64,000 nt of DNA from Puniceicoccales bacterium (GCA_031266455.1 JAISBA010000004.1:9814-73813), one strand, 5' to 3'; shown: positions 1-10,770, counted from the first letter of the stretch. The notes: generated by a model not told the origin, from the sequence alone. Numbers and translations are program-made.

Positions 1-396
1 TAAAGTGGACAATATTTGAGCGGCTTTGTGATCGCTAAGGAACCTATATGAATTCTCCTTTAAACAAGCAAGTTCTTGATCAGGAGGTAAAACTGTAATG
101 GCTCCGGCACAATCGGCACCCATTTCACGCAATAGTTCAAAAATGTTATCGGGAGATACCTGAAATAAATGAGCCAACTTTAGGCGAACAAGACCTTCCG
201 GGAGTAAGCCTGAGAAAAATGGTTTTACAACCTCATTTGCGAAAACTTGAATCTGTAATGGTAAAGCAGCCGAAATCGGTTGCGCCTTATCGTAATCCAA
301 ATAGGATTCGTCGTATTGGAAAGATAACTGCACCTTCGACCGAATTAGCTGACCTGCCAAAACATTATGTAGATAAACATACAAAATATCATCCAT
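1..396 (-). CDS. hipA: HipA-family Ser/Thr kinase toxin, N-terminal part only (gene runs off the left edge of the window)
   Basis: Absent from the ORF track because no stop lies inside the window. My minus-strand translation from ATG 396..394 is open to position 1: MDDILYVYLHNVLAGQLIRSKVQLSFQYDESYLDYDKAQPISAALPLQIQVFANEVVKPFFSGLLPEGLVRLKLAHLFQVSPDNIFELLREMGADCAGAITVLPP... The FFxxLLP(D/E) and E.G.D..GA.T..P motifs match the HipA N-terminal domain (E. coli HipA has FFDNLLPDS and EIGRDSVGAVTLIP). The start overlaps the stop of the upstream HTH gene (ATGGATGA). Confidence 0.65.
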   Translation of the reverse strand, partial: MDDILYVYLHNVLAGQLIRSKVQLSFQYDESYLDYDKAQPISAALPLQIQVFANEVVKPFFSGLLPEGLVRLKLAHLFQVSPDNIFELLREMGADCAGAITVLPPDQELACLKENSYRFLSDHKAAQILSTL

Positions 397-640
397 TTTT
401 TAAGCTCCACCGGTTATCGATGCGAACACCCAATCCTAAGGCGGCCAAAACTTTCAACATTTTACCCGTTTGTAACGTTTCTTTACCTTTTTCTAAATCA
501 ACGATAAATCGTCTCGCCGTACCGGAAATTCCAGCCAAATTAACTTGGGATAAATGCTGTGCTTTTCTTGTCAGGCGTACCCATTGACCAATACCTTGCA
601 CATCACGAATATACTCCGTTTTTATTGTGAATGTTCCCAT
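389..640 (-). CDS. hipB: XRE/Cro-type helix-turn-helix protein, HipB-like antitoxin
   Basis: 83-aa ORF. The segment GQWVRLTRKAQHLSQVNLAGISGTARRFIVDLEKGK looks like an HTH_XRE domain. It sits immediately upstream of the HipA-like ORF, with stop and start overlapping, which is the classic hipBA layout. Confidence 0.6.
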   Translation of the reverse strand: MGTFTIKTEYIRDVQGIGQWVRLTRKAQHLSQVNLAGISGTARRFIVDLEKGKETLQTGKMLKVLAALGLGVRIDNRWSLKNG

Positions 641-1090
641 TGTAGCACATTGTTTATTTTTCTACCCTAAGGTCAAGATAAAATTCCCGATCGGTATCTT
701 TTCAGGCATAATATTTATACAAAACCGTAATATAAAGTAGCAGGGCGGGAAGACGTCATGCAAGTGACACCCTTACATCTAATATTTGTATCCTTTGGAA
801 AAGATTTAACAAAAATTCCGATCTCTTTTCAGTTACCGAAACATCTTTTTGAATATTTACACCAAAAATAGATTGTACATTTCCACCAATGTCTGAAAAT
901 ATCGTATCTACAACCACGTATCTTACGTTTTGCCTTTTTCAAATTTCTACTCTCATTTGCATTTTATCCCACTGGGTACGAAGATTTTACATTTGTTGCT
1001 TGCATTATACGGAAAAGGTCTTATAAGAACGCATGAAGCATTTTTATAGGGTTGATGGGGATTTTTTACATAGGGTAGGTTGTTTGTTGT

Positions 1091-2965
1091 ATGGTGCAGA
1101 AATTTTTAAAGTACATCCTGAGGCAGTGGAAAAAGAATGGTCTCAGTGTACTACCCATACATCAAGATTTTTCCCGATACAATCTTGAAAAATTACGTCA
1201 GGATGCTTTTGCAGGATTGAGTGTTACTTTAATTGTCTTTCCCCAAGCTATGGCCTATGCTCTACTTGCAGGCTTACCCATTGAGTACGGACTATATGGA
1301 GCCACGGTGGCCACCTTTGTGGCTGCCCTATTTGCAGGTTCACGTTTTCTCAGTTTAGGGCCAACCAACGCCACGGCAATACTCCTCGCAAATTCTTTTG
1401 CAACGTTAGGTATCCCAGTGGAAAAAATGCCTATTTTTCTTCCTACACTTCTCGTACTCACAGGCAGTTTTTTAATTTTGAGTGCATTTTTTAACCTTGC
1501 AAATATGGTGCAATACGTTTCGCGAAGCGTAATTGCCGGATATGTAACCGCGGTTGTCTTCATAGTGATTGTCAACCAAATACACAATGTTCTCGGATTC
1601 AACCTAGCGACGATTCAGGACAATGCTTTCACATTCATAGATACATGTTCAGCTACCTGGAACAGTTTACCAGGTATTGAAAAATCTTCCGTGTTTATCG
1701 GTTTAATAACCCTATATATCCATCGATTTATAAAAACAAAATTCCCCAAATCTCCCGTTGCATTCACCATCATTATCCTAGCATGCCTTACGTACATTTT
1801 GCAAAAGACAATGGATATTCACGTCCAAGTATTGACACCCATCGATGTGAGTGCATGGCATACATCGTGGGTCGGCTTTAGTTTAGATAACTTAAATCTT
1901 ATGGCGGACTCGGCTTTAATACTAAGTTTTATCTGCCTGGTCGACAGCACCGTCGTGTTGAAAACTTTATCATCGCGTATCGGCCAAAAATCGAATGTGA
2001 ATCAAATGGCTTTCGGATTAGGGCTTGCCAATATTTTCTGCGGTCTTTTTTCAGGCATGCCCGCTTCTGCATCTTTGGTACGATCGTCCACAAATTATAC
2101 CAGTGGTGCCAGGACTTCATTTGCAAGCCTATTTTGTGGGTGCTTTTGTCTCCTGTGCATCGCTTGTTTAGGACCATTTTTTCATTACATCCCCAAGGCT
2201 GGCCTTGCAACGCTCATCATTATTTTAGCTTGTAGCCTTTTGGATAAACATATCCTGAAAGTGGTGATTACTTCGACTCGATCCGACGCATGCGTGTTTT
2301 TTGTAACTCTTATTGCTGCCTTCCTGTTTCCCCTCAGTACAGCCATTTATATAGGGGTATTTTTGTCCATTGCTTTGTTCTTAAAAAAAGCCGCCGTACC
2401 TGCATTTTTTGAATGCATCTACGACGAGAACAATGAAATTAGCGAAGTTGACCTAAATACTCCCCTCCTCAAACAAACAGAAATCACAATCATACACATG
2501 GAAGGTAACTTATTTTTTGCTTCTTCAGAAATCTTTCGGGATCAAATGAGGATGATAAGCGAAAGGCCTTCTTTAAAAATTATTATCCTCAAAATGCGCA
2601 ATGTGATGCATATCGACGCAACTTGTATCCTTGCTTTGGAAGAATTGCTGTATTACATGTACTGCAACAAACGTGTCTTGATTTTAAGTGAAGTTAACAA
2701 ATATATCCTCAAAGCGCTTCAACGCTCTAAGCTAATCGAATTCATAGGATTAGAGAATATTTTTACCGATAAACGCAACCAACCCAATTTATCAACAGCC
2801 CTGGCTTTAAAACACGCACAAAACATTATGGGAGATAAGAATTTCTATGTCCGTGTTTTAGTGGTTAATAATAAAAAGAAATATACTCAAGCAACCGCAG
2901 AAATGTGCTCAGAGCCACAGCAAAAATCATCGCCTCAAAGCATTCAAGGTGCTGGAAAGCTGTAA
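1091..2965 (+). CDS. SulP-family inorganic anion (sulfate/bicarbonate-type) transporter with C-terminal STAS domain
   Basis: 624 aa. The N-terminus DAFAGLSVTLIVFPQAMAYALLAGLPIEYGLYG is the SulP signature region. It has many hydrophobic segments and a C-terminal soluble region (IIHMEGNLFFASSEIFRDQ...) of STAS type. Confidence 0.85.
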   Translation: MVQKFLKYILRQWKKNGLSVLPIHQDFSRYNLEKLRQDAFAGLSVTLIVFPQAMAYALLAGLPIEYGLYGATVATFVAALFAGSRFLSLGPTNATAILLANSFATLGIPVEKMPIFLPTLLVLTGSFLILSAFFNLANMVQYVSRSVIAGYVTAVVFIVIVNQIHNVLGFNLATIQDNAFTFIDTCSATWNSLPGIEKSSVFIGLITLYIHRFIKTKFPKSPVAFTIIILACLTYILQKTMDIHVQVLTPIDVSAWHTSWVGFSLDNLNLMADSALILSFICLVDSTVVLKTLSSRIGQKSNVNQMAFGLGLANIFCGLFSGMPASASLVRSSTNYTSGARTSFASLFCGCFCLLCIACLGPFFHYIPKAGLATLIIILACSLLDKHILKVVITSTRSDACVFFVTLIAAFLFPLSTAIYIGVFLSIALFLKKAAVPAFFECIYDENNEISEVDLNTPLLKQTEITIIHMEGNLFFASSEIFRDQMRMISERPSLKIIILKMRNVMHIDATCILALEELLYYMYCNKRVLILSEVNKYILKALQRSKLIEFIGLENIFTDKRNQPNLSTALALKHAQNIMGDKNFYVRVLVVNNKKKYTQATAEMCSEPQQKSSPQSIQGAGKL

Positions 2966-2967
2966 AC

Positions 2968-4398
2968 ATGAAGCACCCTTCTTTTCTGGAACAATATAGC
3001 CGTTTGGCTCAAATATTTCAGAAAAAGGATTTGGACAGTAGAGTGGTCAATTTTTTAGATACGCATGCGGGTGAAACTTTGTTCGTAGCTTGTTCCGGCG
3101 GATCTGATTCCCTATGCCTCTTATACCTTATAAGGTTGCATTGGCCACAAAATACTTGCGTCTTACTTCATTACAATCATAAAGTGCGACAAGCCTCCGA
3201 TAGGGAAGCAAATCATATGCGTTCATTGGCCCAACAATTGGATGTGCCCATAGAAATTGGCGAACGGGATTTAAGTCAGTCGGCAAAGGATGAACAACAG
3301 TTAAGAAATTTACGCTACAACTACTTTACACACGTGCTCAATCGACATCGAGGTCGATGCTTAATTTTGGGACAGCATCAGGACGATCTGTTCGAAACAT
3401 TTCTCATGCGATTTGTGAGAGGGAGTAGCCTGGAAGGGTTGGTAGCCCCAAAACCTGTTCAGTATTTCCCAAATCATCAAGTTCGATTGCGTCCTTTACT
3501 CACGCTTTCCAAAACCCAAATCACGGAAGCGTGCAATGCACTTAATATACCCTATGTGACCGATGAAACAAATGCGAACACCATTTATTTACGTAACCGT
3601 GTACGACATCACTTGCTGCCTTGTATGGATCGCATTTTTGGGAAAAATCAATGGCGTTCAGGATTCCAAAAAACATGTGAGCTTGTTTTAGAACAACAAC
3701 AAGGTGTAGATACCATTTGCGATCTTTATCGGTTCAAGGAAAAATTAACCCAAACGTCCATTGCAAACAAATGGATTACATCCATGCCACTTTACCTGCA
3801 GCGTAAATTTATTACGGAATGGTTCATGTCTTTTGGCATCAAAACGATTACATTTTCGATGGTCGAAAAAACACTTCGTGCTTTAAAACATGGGATTGAA
3901 TATTATTACCTGACTCTTAATTCCCAATACCGCATTTGCATTAAAGACGGGAAAATACAATGTCAATCGTACTTATCTTCCCGCGGTAACAAGCTGCACA
4001 TGTACTTTCCAATTGCAAGTCACATCTATTTTCCTCATAAAGCTTGCTTAAGTGGATCTTTTAAAAACTTGTCCGAAGCCGATAAAGAAAAAATCTTTTC
4101 TGGATATTATGCGGATGCAGATTGCACATTTTTAGATGCTGAAAAATTAACACAAAAATTGCATGTACGATCTTGGCAACCGGGAGATCGCTATCGTCCC
4201 ATTTATTTCGACCATGAAAAAAAAATTAAAAATTTATTTGTAGAACGTAAAATAAATCATTCCACTAGACACCAAGTGCCTGTTATTTGCGATGATAACA
4301 ACCAAATCATTTGGATTCCAGGATTACCGCCTGCACACTATTTTAAAGTGGAACCGCAAACAAAATTATCTGTTTTTTTAACTTATAAAATTTGGTGA
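2968..4398 (+). CDS. tilS: tRNA(Ile)-lysidine synthase
   Basis: PP-loop motif VACSGGSDSLCL. The length and C-terminal domain are typical of TilS. The track ORF starts at 2905 but overlaps the SulP gene. The ATG at 2968 (MKHPSF...) lies 3 nt after the SulP stop and is the likelier start. Confidence 0.85.
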   Translation: MKHPSFLEQYSRLAQIFQKKDLDSRVVNFLDTHAGETLFVACSGGSDSLCLLYLIRLHWPQNTCVLLHYNHKVRQASDREANHMRSLAQQLDVPIEIGERDLSQSAKDEQQLRNLRYNYFTHVLNRHRGRCLILGQHQDDLFETFLMRFVRGSSLEGLVAPKPVQYFPNHQVRLRPLLTLSKTQITEACNALNIPYVTDETNANTIYLRNRVRHHLLPCMDRIFGKNQWRSGFQKTCELVLEQQQGVDTICDLYRFKEKLTQTSIANKWITSMPLYLQRKFITEWFMSFGIKTITFSMVEKTLRALKHGIEYYYLTLNSQYRICIKDGKIQCQSYLSSRGNKLHMYFPIASHIYFPHKACLSGSFKNLSEADKEKIFSGYYADADCTFLDAEKLTQKLHVRSWQPGDRYRPIYFDHEKKIKNLFVERKINHSTRHQVPVICDDNNQIIWIPGLPPAHYFKVEPQTKLSVFLTYKIW

Positions 4399-4420
4399 AA
4401 TAGTATAAAACTATGTCAAA

Positions 4421-6466
4421 ATGAAAAAAAAGGTAAATAGCTCTGATAAGAACAACCTTCAACAGAAATCGTTTAAGCCTAAAAGTTTTCTCGTATGGGG
4501 AATCATTTTGTTATTTTTGTTACTCTTAAATTCTCTGGCATTGACCCCGGAAGGTAGACTTAATCTCACCGTATCGCAAGTGTTAACGATGGCTCGGCAA
4601 CACCTCATCGAAAATGGTGAAATTCAATCGGATGCCACCGGAGGACATCAGTGGTATAAAATGAAAGGTCGTTTGAAAAATGATGTTGAAAAAATTTACA
4701 GCATTTTACAGGACGACGCCACTAACATTTGGGCTAAGCAAATGAGAGGTCAGGGAACGCGTAACGCAGTTTCGCTGCCCCTTCATTTTGAAGCTACGGG
4801 ACGACTCACCGACGCTCGATTTAATGAGCTGTTAGATGGTAATTTGGGCTTCCAATTTAAAGAGCGTCCCGCGAGTACGTTGTTATCTTCTATCCTTATT
4901 AATGTCCTACCTTTTTTGATTATTTTAGGGGTTTTGTATCTCCTATTTATGCGACAAGTTCGCATGGCCGGGAAAGGGGCCATGGGATTTGGACGCAGTC
5001 GGGCACGGTTATTGCAGGAGGATAAGAAGAAAGTTACATTTAAAGAAGTGGCCGGATGCGATGAGGCTAAAGAAGAGGTGAAAGAAATTGTCGACTTCCT
5101 TAAAAATCCAAAAAAATTCCAAGAAATTGGGGGGCGTGTACCCAAAGGATGCTTAATGGTTGGAGCCCCAGGTACGGGTAAGACACTTTTGGCTAAAGCA
5201 ATTGCCGGAGAAGCCGACGTACCTTTCTTTAGCATTAGCGGCTCCGATTTTGTGGAAATGTTTGTGGGGGTTGGCGCATCACGCGTAAGGGATATGTTTG
5301 AACAGGGGAAAAAGAGTGCGCCCTGCCTCATTTTCATCGACGAAATTGATGCCGTTGGCCGTCAACGGGGCGCCGGACTCGGCGGTGGCAATGATGAACG
5401 AGAGCAAACGCTTAACGCGCTGCTGGTGGAAATGGATGGATTCGAATCGCGGGAAGGGATCATTTTGATGGCTGCGACCAACCGACCTGACGTTTTAGAC
5501 AGTGCACTTTTGCGTCCCGGGAGATTTGACCGACAAATTGTTCTGGACTTACCGGATATTCATGGTCGCGAGCAAATTTTGCAGGTTCACGCTAAAAAAA
5601 TAAAGTTGAGCCCGTCGGTCGATTTGAAAGTAGTCGCTCGCAATACATCTGGATATTCGGGTGCCGATCTTGAAAATCTTTTAAACGAAGGTGCGCTTCT
5701 GGCAGCTCGTCAGTCTAAGAAAGTGGTGGAGCCGATTGATTTGGACGAAGCGCGCGATAAAATCTCCTTTGGTCGAGAGCGTAAAAAATTGATGGATGAT
5801 AAGGACAAGCGCATCGCAGCTTACCATGAGGCCGGTCACGCTATCGTGCAAGGTGTCATTGACGATGGATTGCTTCCCATACACAAAGTTACGATAGTTC
5901 CCAGAGGACAGAATTTAGGGAGTACCATGATGTTGCCTTCAAAGGACATTTTAAATTATTCCAAGCAACAGGCACTCAATCAAATTTGCTGTTCCTTGGG
6001 AGGCCGTATTGCGGAAGAACTCATTTTTAAAGAACAAACGAGTGGCGCTTCTGCCGATATTCGTTCCGCCACCAAATTAGCTCGCAAAATGGTTTGCGAC
6101 TGGGGCATGAGTGATATGGGACCCTTGGCATTTGGCGACAATCAGGATCACATCTTTTTAGGACGCGAAATTGCCCGTGAGCAAAATTATAGCGAGCAAA
6201 CCGCACAAACCATTGATGCAACCGTTGCAAAAATCGTACGCTCTCAATACGATCGAGCCGTTGAGATTTTAACGGAAAAACAAGATTGCCTGGAATCTTT
6301 GGCGCAGGCCTTGCTGAAGCATGAAACGTTGGAAGGTAAGTATGTATACGAAATACTGGAACACGGAACCCTTGTTTCAGAAGTTGTAATACCTCAGGCG
6401 ATTAAAGTAGAACCTGTATCCGACATATCCCTAGTACCCGAGTTGAAACCCGAAGGAGCCGTTTAA
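4421..6466 (+). CDS. ftsH: ATP-dependent zinc metalloprotease FtsH
   Basis: N-terminal TM segments, AAA+ Walker [14 protein letters not shown], Walker B IIFIDEID, and zinc site HEAGHA. The tilS-ftsH neighbourhood is common. Confidence 0.95.
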   Translation: MKKKVNSSDKNNLQQKSFKPKSFLVWGIILLFLLLLNSLALTPEGRLNLTVSQVLTMARQHLIENGEIQSDATGGHQWYKMKGRLKNDVEKIYSILQDDATNIWAKQMRGQGTRNAVSLPLHFEATGRLTDARFNELLDGNLGFQFKERPASTLLSSILINVLPFLIILGVLYLLFMRQVRMAGKGAMGFGRSRARLLQEDKKKVTFKEVAGCDEAKEEVKEIVDFLKNPKKFQEIGGRVPKGCLMVGAPGTGKTLLAKAIAGEADVPFFSISGSDFVEMFVGVGASRVRDMFEQGKKSAPCLIFIDEIDAVGRQRGAGLGGGNDEREQTLNALLVEMDGFESREGIILMAATNRPDVLDSALLRPGRFDRQIVLDLPDIHGREQILQVHAKKIKLSPSVDLKVVARNTSGYSGADLENLLNEGALLAARQSKKVVEPIDLDEARDKISFGRERKKLMDDKDKRIAAYHEAGHAIVQGVIDDGLLPIHKVTIVPRGQNLGSTMMLPSKDILNYSKQQALNQICCSLGGRIAEELIFKEQTSGASADIRSATKLARKMVCDWGMSDMGPLAFGDNQDHIFLGREIAREQNYSEQTAQTIDATVAKIVRSQYDRAVEILTEKQDCLESLAQALLKHETLEGKYVYEILEHGTLVSEVVIPQAIKVEPVSDISLVPELKPEGAV

Positions 6467-6471
6467 CCATC

Positions 6472-7050
6472 GTGACTTCCGTTCAAATATGTGCGTATGG
6501 CGCACCGGTACTTCGCAAAAAAGCGGTACACGTAAAGCAATTCGATAAACGTCTCCAAGAACAAGTGGATCGCATGCTGCAAATCATGTACAGCGCAAAA
6601 GGTATTGGGCTTGCTGCCCCTCAAATGGGAGAAACGCAGCAAGTCGTCGTTATCGATTTGCAAATGGAACCCAATAACGAAATGGTTACTTTGGATGATA
6701 AACCAATTCCTTTACAATTAGTTCAGCCATTAGTGTTGGTCAATCCCTCCTTCTATCCCGTAGGCGACATTTTAACGTTAGGCAAGGAAGGGTGCCTTTC
6801 CATTCCCAACGTCTGTGGACACGTTAACCGCTACCTAAAGATTTTTGTAAAATACCAAGATATTGAGGGAACATCTCACGAACTTACCTGCGAACGCTTG
6901 CTGGCACGTTGCATCCAACATGAAGTGGATCACTTAAATGGAATTTTGTTTGTGGATCGAATTTCAAAAACGGAACGCAAGGAAAATGCAGCTACTCTAA
7001 AAGCGCTGAAAGTTTGTGGAGGCCTTATTAAATATGAAAATATTCAGTAA
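6472..7050 (+). CDS. def: Peptide deformylase
   Basis: All three Def motifs are present: GIGLAAPQ, EGCLS and HEVDHL. GTG start at 6472. Confidence 0.9.
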   Translation: MTSVQICAYGAPVLRKKAVHVKQFDKRLQEQVDRMLQIMYSAKGIGLAAPQMGETQQVVVIDLQMEPNNEMVTLDDKPIPLQLVQPLVLVNPSFYPVGDILTLGKEGCLSIPNVCGHVNRYLKIFVKYQDIEGTSHELTCERLLARCIQHEVDHLNGILFVDRISKTERKENAATLKALKVCGGLIKYENIQ

Positions 7051-7324
7051 CTAGCTTCATTCACCGCATGATCTCTCTATTCTAAGTAATAACAGATCTT
7101 ATGGGGTTTTCTTCCATCTTACCAAATAACCAGTCATTTTAGACAATAAACATATGTTCCACGACTCTCACTTACCAGCCGCAAAGGCTATTTTTAGATT
7201 CTCTGGTTGTTCGGTGTCGTATCTTATATAGGTACTACTTAAAATTGTGCCTAACTGCAGTTCAAGTTTCACATGTTTTAAGCTTGGCTTTTAAAAAGAT
7301 GAATGATTCAGTAAAATACTGAAG

Positions 7325-7900
7325 ATGGAGGCGATTATCATCAGTTTAGCTATCGGCTATTTCTTAGGAGCTATCCCTTTTGGCTTTTTAATCGCCAAAG
7401 CTCACGGCATTTGTATTTTTCAGACAGGTAGCGGAAGCCCAGGGGCAACAAATGTATTGAGAATTCTAGGCAAAAAAGCAGGGTATAGCGTATTTCTGCT
7501 GGATGCTTTTAAGGGATGCGCAGCCGTTTACTTCGGAATACTCTTTAATGAACCTTATTTAACGCTTTTGGGCGCTTTATTAGGGCATAGATTTTCTTTT
7601 TTTACCTATTTTAAAGGCGGTAAAGGGGTGGCTACACTCATCGGTGGCTTAGCATTTTTAATACCCATTCCACTGATACTAGGCTTGATCGTCTGGTTGA
7701 GCATTTTTAAATTAACCCACTACGTATCGCTAGCCTCCGTCATTTTTGTGGTTACCTTACCGTGCTTTAACTTTCTGTGCAATGAGGCTCCTGTACAACA
7801 AAAACACGCCTTACCTCTGATGGTGTTTGCAGTCATTGTTGTGTGGCTGCATAGGGCCAATTTGAAGCGTCTTTTGTCAAGCAAAGAACACCGTTTTTAG
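7325..7900 (+). CDS. plsY: Glycerol-3-phosphate acyltransferase PlsY
   Basis: 191-aa polytopic membrane protein with GSGSPGATNVLR (PlsY GSGNxGATN motif) and FKGGKGVAT. Confidence 0.85.
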   Translation: MEAIIISLAIGYFLGAIPFGFLIAKAHGICIFQTGSGSPGATNVLRILGKKAGYSVFLLDAFKGCAAVYFGILFNEPYLTLLGALLGHRFSFFTYFKGGKGVATLIGGLAFLIPIPLILGLIVWLSIFKLTHYVSLASVIFVVTLPCFNFLCNEAPVQQKHALPLMVFAVIVVWLHRANLKRLLSSKEHRF

Positions 7901-7908
7901 CGACCCTC

Positions 7909-8622
7909 ATGGCTCTTATTGTACAAAAATTCGGTGGTAGCGTATTAAATAGTGAACGGAAATTTACAAAAATAGCGCACTCCATTGCATCTTTACATCG
8001 ACAAGGGCACCAACTTGTGGTCGTTGTATCCGCACTCAAAGGAATAACCGATCGTCTACTACGTCAAGCCCAACGCATAAATCCTCACATGCCAAAAGGG
8101 CAAAGTTTAGACTTACTCCTATCTCTTGGCGAACAACAATCGTGTGCACTCTTAGGCCTCGCACTCAACGCCTGCGATATACCCATAAATGTAAAAAGCG
8201 GAGCCCTCGTAGGCTTGCAAAGGACAAAAAAACATCAATGGCATGTGGATGTTTCACATTATCTAGAGGTACTCAAGAAAAATGTTATTGTCGTCAGTGG
8301 ATTTCAAGCTTTAGATGAACATAATAATTTAATTACTTTAGGGCGCGGAGGTTCCGATTTAACTGCCCTTATTTTATCACACGCCCTCAAGGCAGACCGT
8401 TGTCAGTTGATAAAAGATGTACCCGGTATCGCTGCAATAGATTCTCAATGTTCCTCCAAAGGAAGGACCTTTTTTTCCCAACTGAGCTTAAATGACCTGC
8501 TCACAATTTCCCAAAGCGGTTCAGACATCGTTCAAACACAAGCAATTCAGTTTGCACAACAATATCACGTTAACTTTGAAGTTACCGATTTACACAATCA
8601 GGGTACGTACGTGTATGCATAA
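7909..8622 (+). CDS. Amino-acid-kinase family protein, aspartokinase-like catalytic domain without ACT domains
   Basis: MALIVQKFGGSV, VVVVSALKGITDRLL, LGEQQS and TLGRGGSDLTA follow the aspartokinase catalytic core order. At 237 aa there is no room for the two C-terminal ACT regulatory domains. Confidence 0.6.
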   Translation: MALIVQKFGGSVLNSERKFTKIAHSIASLHRQGHQLVVVVSALKGITDRLLRQAQRINPHMPKGQSLDLLLSLGEQQSCALLGLALNACDIPINVKSGALVGLQRTKKHQWHVDVSHYLEVLKKNVIVVSGFQALDEHNNLITLGRGGSDLTALILSHALKADRCQLIKDVPGIAAIDSQCSSKGRTFFSQLSLNDLLTISQSGSDIVQTQAIQFAQQYHVNFEVTDLHNQGTYVYA

Positions 8623-8733
8623 ATCAGTATTCTATCCAAAAAAATGATAAAAATATCCCAAGTCTAACTAACTACCTTTACATTTTTCAGAAGAACAGAC
8701 ATGGAAAATACTAAAATATTCAAAATTAATTTA

Positions 8734-8819
8734 TGGTGCTCGGGACGGGACTTGAACCCGTACGACCTTACGGTCAGAGGATTTTAAGTCCTCAGCGTCT
8801 ACCATTCCGCCACCCAAGC
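8734..8819 (-). tRNA. tRNA-Leu (anticodon UAA), type II long variable arm, CCA encoded
   Basis: The reverse complement is GCTTGGGTGGCGGAATGGTAGACGCTGAGGACTTAAAATCCTCTGACCGTAAGGTCGTACGGGTTCAAGTCCCGTCCCGAGCACCA. The acceptor stem pairs GCTTGGG with CCCGAGC. The anticodon stem is GAGGA/TCCTC with loop CTTAAAA, and a GGTTCAAGTCC T-arm is present. Confidence 0.9.
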
Positions 8820-8992
8820 AACACAGTGAACAGAAAAATGAAAAAGCAACTTATTTTCAACGCAAAAAAGCAACTATTTTGTAAGATCTTTTTGCCCAAG
8901 ATCAAATGTCGTAGGCTCCAAATACCTTTCCTTTATATTCAGATGTAAATAGTGCCTTTAATAGTGTTAGTTACACACAAAAATGTTGTCAT

Positions 8993-10396
8993 TTGCAAAA
9001 TTTTATTTGTAATAAAAAAATGGGCTTCCTATTGTACCTAGGTAGAGGTTTTGTATTGTGCGTAAGCATAGGTTGCTATTTTTCCATAGTCCCCGTATCC
9101 ATAGGTTGGGTAGGATTAACAACGTGCGCGTGGCTACACTACTGTTTTGACCAAAAATTTAAGTCAACATTTTACAATTTTCACAAAAGAATACCCTTTT
9201 GGAAACCTGCATATTGCATTGTTTTTGTGGTATTTTTTGGCATTATATATTCTAATGCCCCCTTAGCAGTGAGTAGTTACGGATTTAGAAAATATGCCTA
9301 CTTTCTATTATTTATTTTCTTATTACCCTACTTTTACTACGATAAAAAATCCGCATCCCTATTATTAGGCAGCTTTGTCATCGGTAGTCTATTATGCCTT
9401 CTTTGCAGCGTTTTGTTTCACCGACATAGATACCATATGAATCCAATTGCCGTAAGCTTATTTTTTGCTCTCTTGCTCCTTTGGACTCAATTGATTTTGT
9501 ACCGCACATCTAAACAGCAAACCATTTGCATATGTTTCATAGGAATGTTTTGTTATTATTTACTCTATATCAATACGGAAAAAACAGGGTTCGTTGTATT
9601 TGTAATCGGATACAGTTTAATGATACTTCTTTTTCTAAAAAAGTATTTTCTGCGCTCACTTTTATCCATACTACTGGTTGGCCTAATTGTCGCTTGTGCC
9701 TACAAAAAACCCACTGCTCTATTAAGGCGTGTTCAAAGCTTTGCACACTCACAGTATAATACGATACTTGCTGTGTTAAAACCACAATACAATGCTTGTA
9801 AATTAAATTATTCAAAAGTGATACAGTTATTCAGGCAAAAATTTATGAGGCAAAAAATCTGCTCCCTCAAGCAATCTCTAATCTATCATCTTTATAATTA
9901 TATGGATGTAAAACTTTTTAAACAGTCTTCACCGCACCCGCAATTAAATTATATACACTTAGATTGCTGGGGAATTTCATTTGATGCCTCCAAACAATTT
10001 GATGCCTCCAGTTCAGAACGTTTAAAAATGGCACACCAATGTCTCATTTTAATCAAGCAAAAGCCGCTTATGGGTCACGGGACCCATTCTTTCAGGGCAT
10101 CGCTGATGTGTGAGTACCACCAACCCCACAATGAATGGTTACATATTTGCGTCCAGTGGGGGTTATTAGGAATAATTGCATTTACGTATTGGTTTGGTTA
10201 CAGTTTTTATTATGGCTGGAAACACAGATGTAGTTTTTACGGCCAAGCACTTATTACCTTAAATGGTGCTTACCTCATTGCCGGCTGTTGCGATTCCGTG
10301 TTTTTTTCAGCCAGTTATAGATTCACATATATATTCCTGTTTTGTGCAATCGTGGCAAAGCTCGCAGAGAAAGAGTTGAAAGAAGTTAAGCAGTAA
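8993..10396 (+). CDS. O-antigen ligase / Wzy_C-family polytopic membrane protein
   Basis: About 10 hydrophobic segments. A loop reads GHGTHSFRASLMCEYHQPHNEWLHICVQWGLLGII, resembling the O-antigen ligase H...H.N..L....E/Q.G..G region. The start is uncertain: TTG at 8993 or ATG at 9020. Confidence 0.55.
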   Translation: MQNFICNKKMGFLLYLGRGFVLCVSIGCYFSIVPVSIGWVGLTTCAWLHYCFDQKFKSTFYNFHKRIPFWKPAYCIVFVVFFGIIYSNAPLAVSSYGFRKYAYFLLFIFLLPYFYYDKKSASLLLGSFVIGSLLCLLCSVLFHRHRYHMNPIAVSLFFALLLLWTQLILYRTSKQQTICICFIGMFCYYLLYINTEKTGFVVFVIGYSLMILLFLKKYFLRSLLSILLVGLIVACAYKKPTALLRRVQSFAHSQYNTILAVLKPQYNACKLNYSKVIQLFRQKFMRQKICSLKQSLIYHLYNYMDVKLFKQSSPHPQLNYIHLDCWGISFDASKQFDASSSERLKMAHQCLILIKQKPLMGHGTHSFRASLMCEYHQPHNEWLHICVQWGLLGIIAFTYWFGYSFYYGWKHRCSFYGQALITLNGAYLIAGCCDSVFFSASYRFTYIFLFCAIVAKLAEKELKEVKQ

Positions 10397-10770
10397 AGAA
10401 AATTTACAAAATTTCGGATAAGCATTCACTCAAAGATCAATAGATAACGGCCACAATACATGTTAACATTTGCAAAACAATACAATATTTCTTCTGAAGG
10501 CGCCTTTTTGTGGTTTTATGATGCCCCTACAAGTGAGAAAACTAATTACTCGATTTTTTAAGAGTTCATTTCTATGTTCCTTAGAATCTTTGTATAGGTA
10601 GAAAGTGCTGGACTTTTAACACAAAGGTCAATGCAAACATATGTTTATGTGACGAAGTTCATATTAGTTTCTTAGCTTCATACGCTTTTTGAGTTAAAGC
10701 CACCTTTACTTTTCTTCGTTTATATTTGGCAGAAAGTAAGTTTTTGGACCTAAAGTAACCTCTCCCAACA

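Noticed and set aside
219-587. 122-aa plus-strand ORF.
   Set aside because: It is antisense to the well-supported hipB/hipA pair and has no recognisable motifs, so it is an overlap artefact.
2905-2967. Upstream extension of tilS given by the ORF track (start 2905).
   Set aside because: It overlaps the last 61 nt of the SulP gene in another frame and adds non-conserved residues. The ATG at 2968, right after the SulP stop, is the more plausible start.
8733-8948. 71-aa plus-strand ORF (MVLGTGLEPVRPYGQRILSPQRLPFRHP...).
   Set aside because: Its first 90 nt are the antisense of tRNA-Leu. This is a typical spurious ORF over a tRNA gene.
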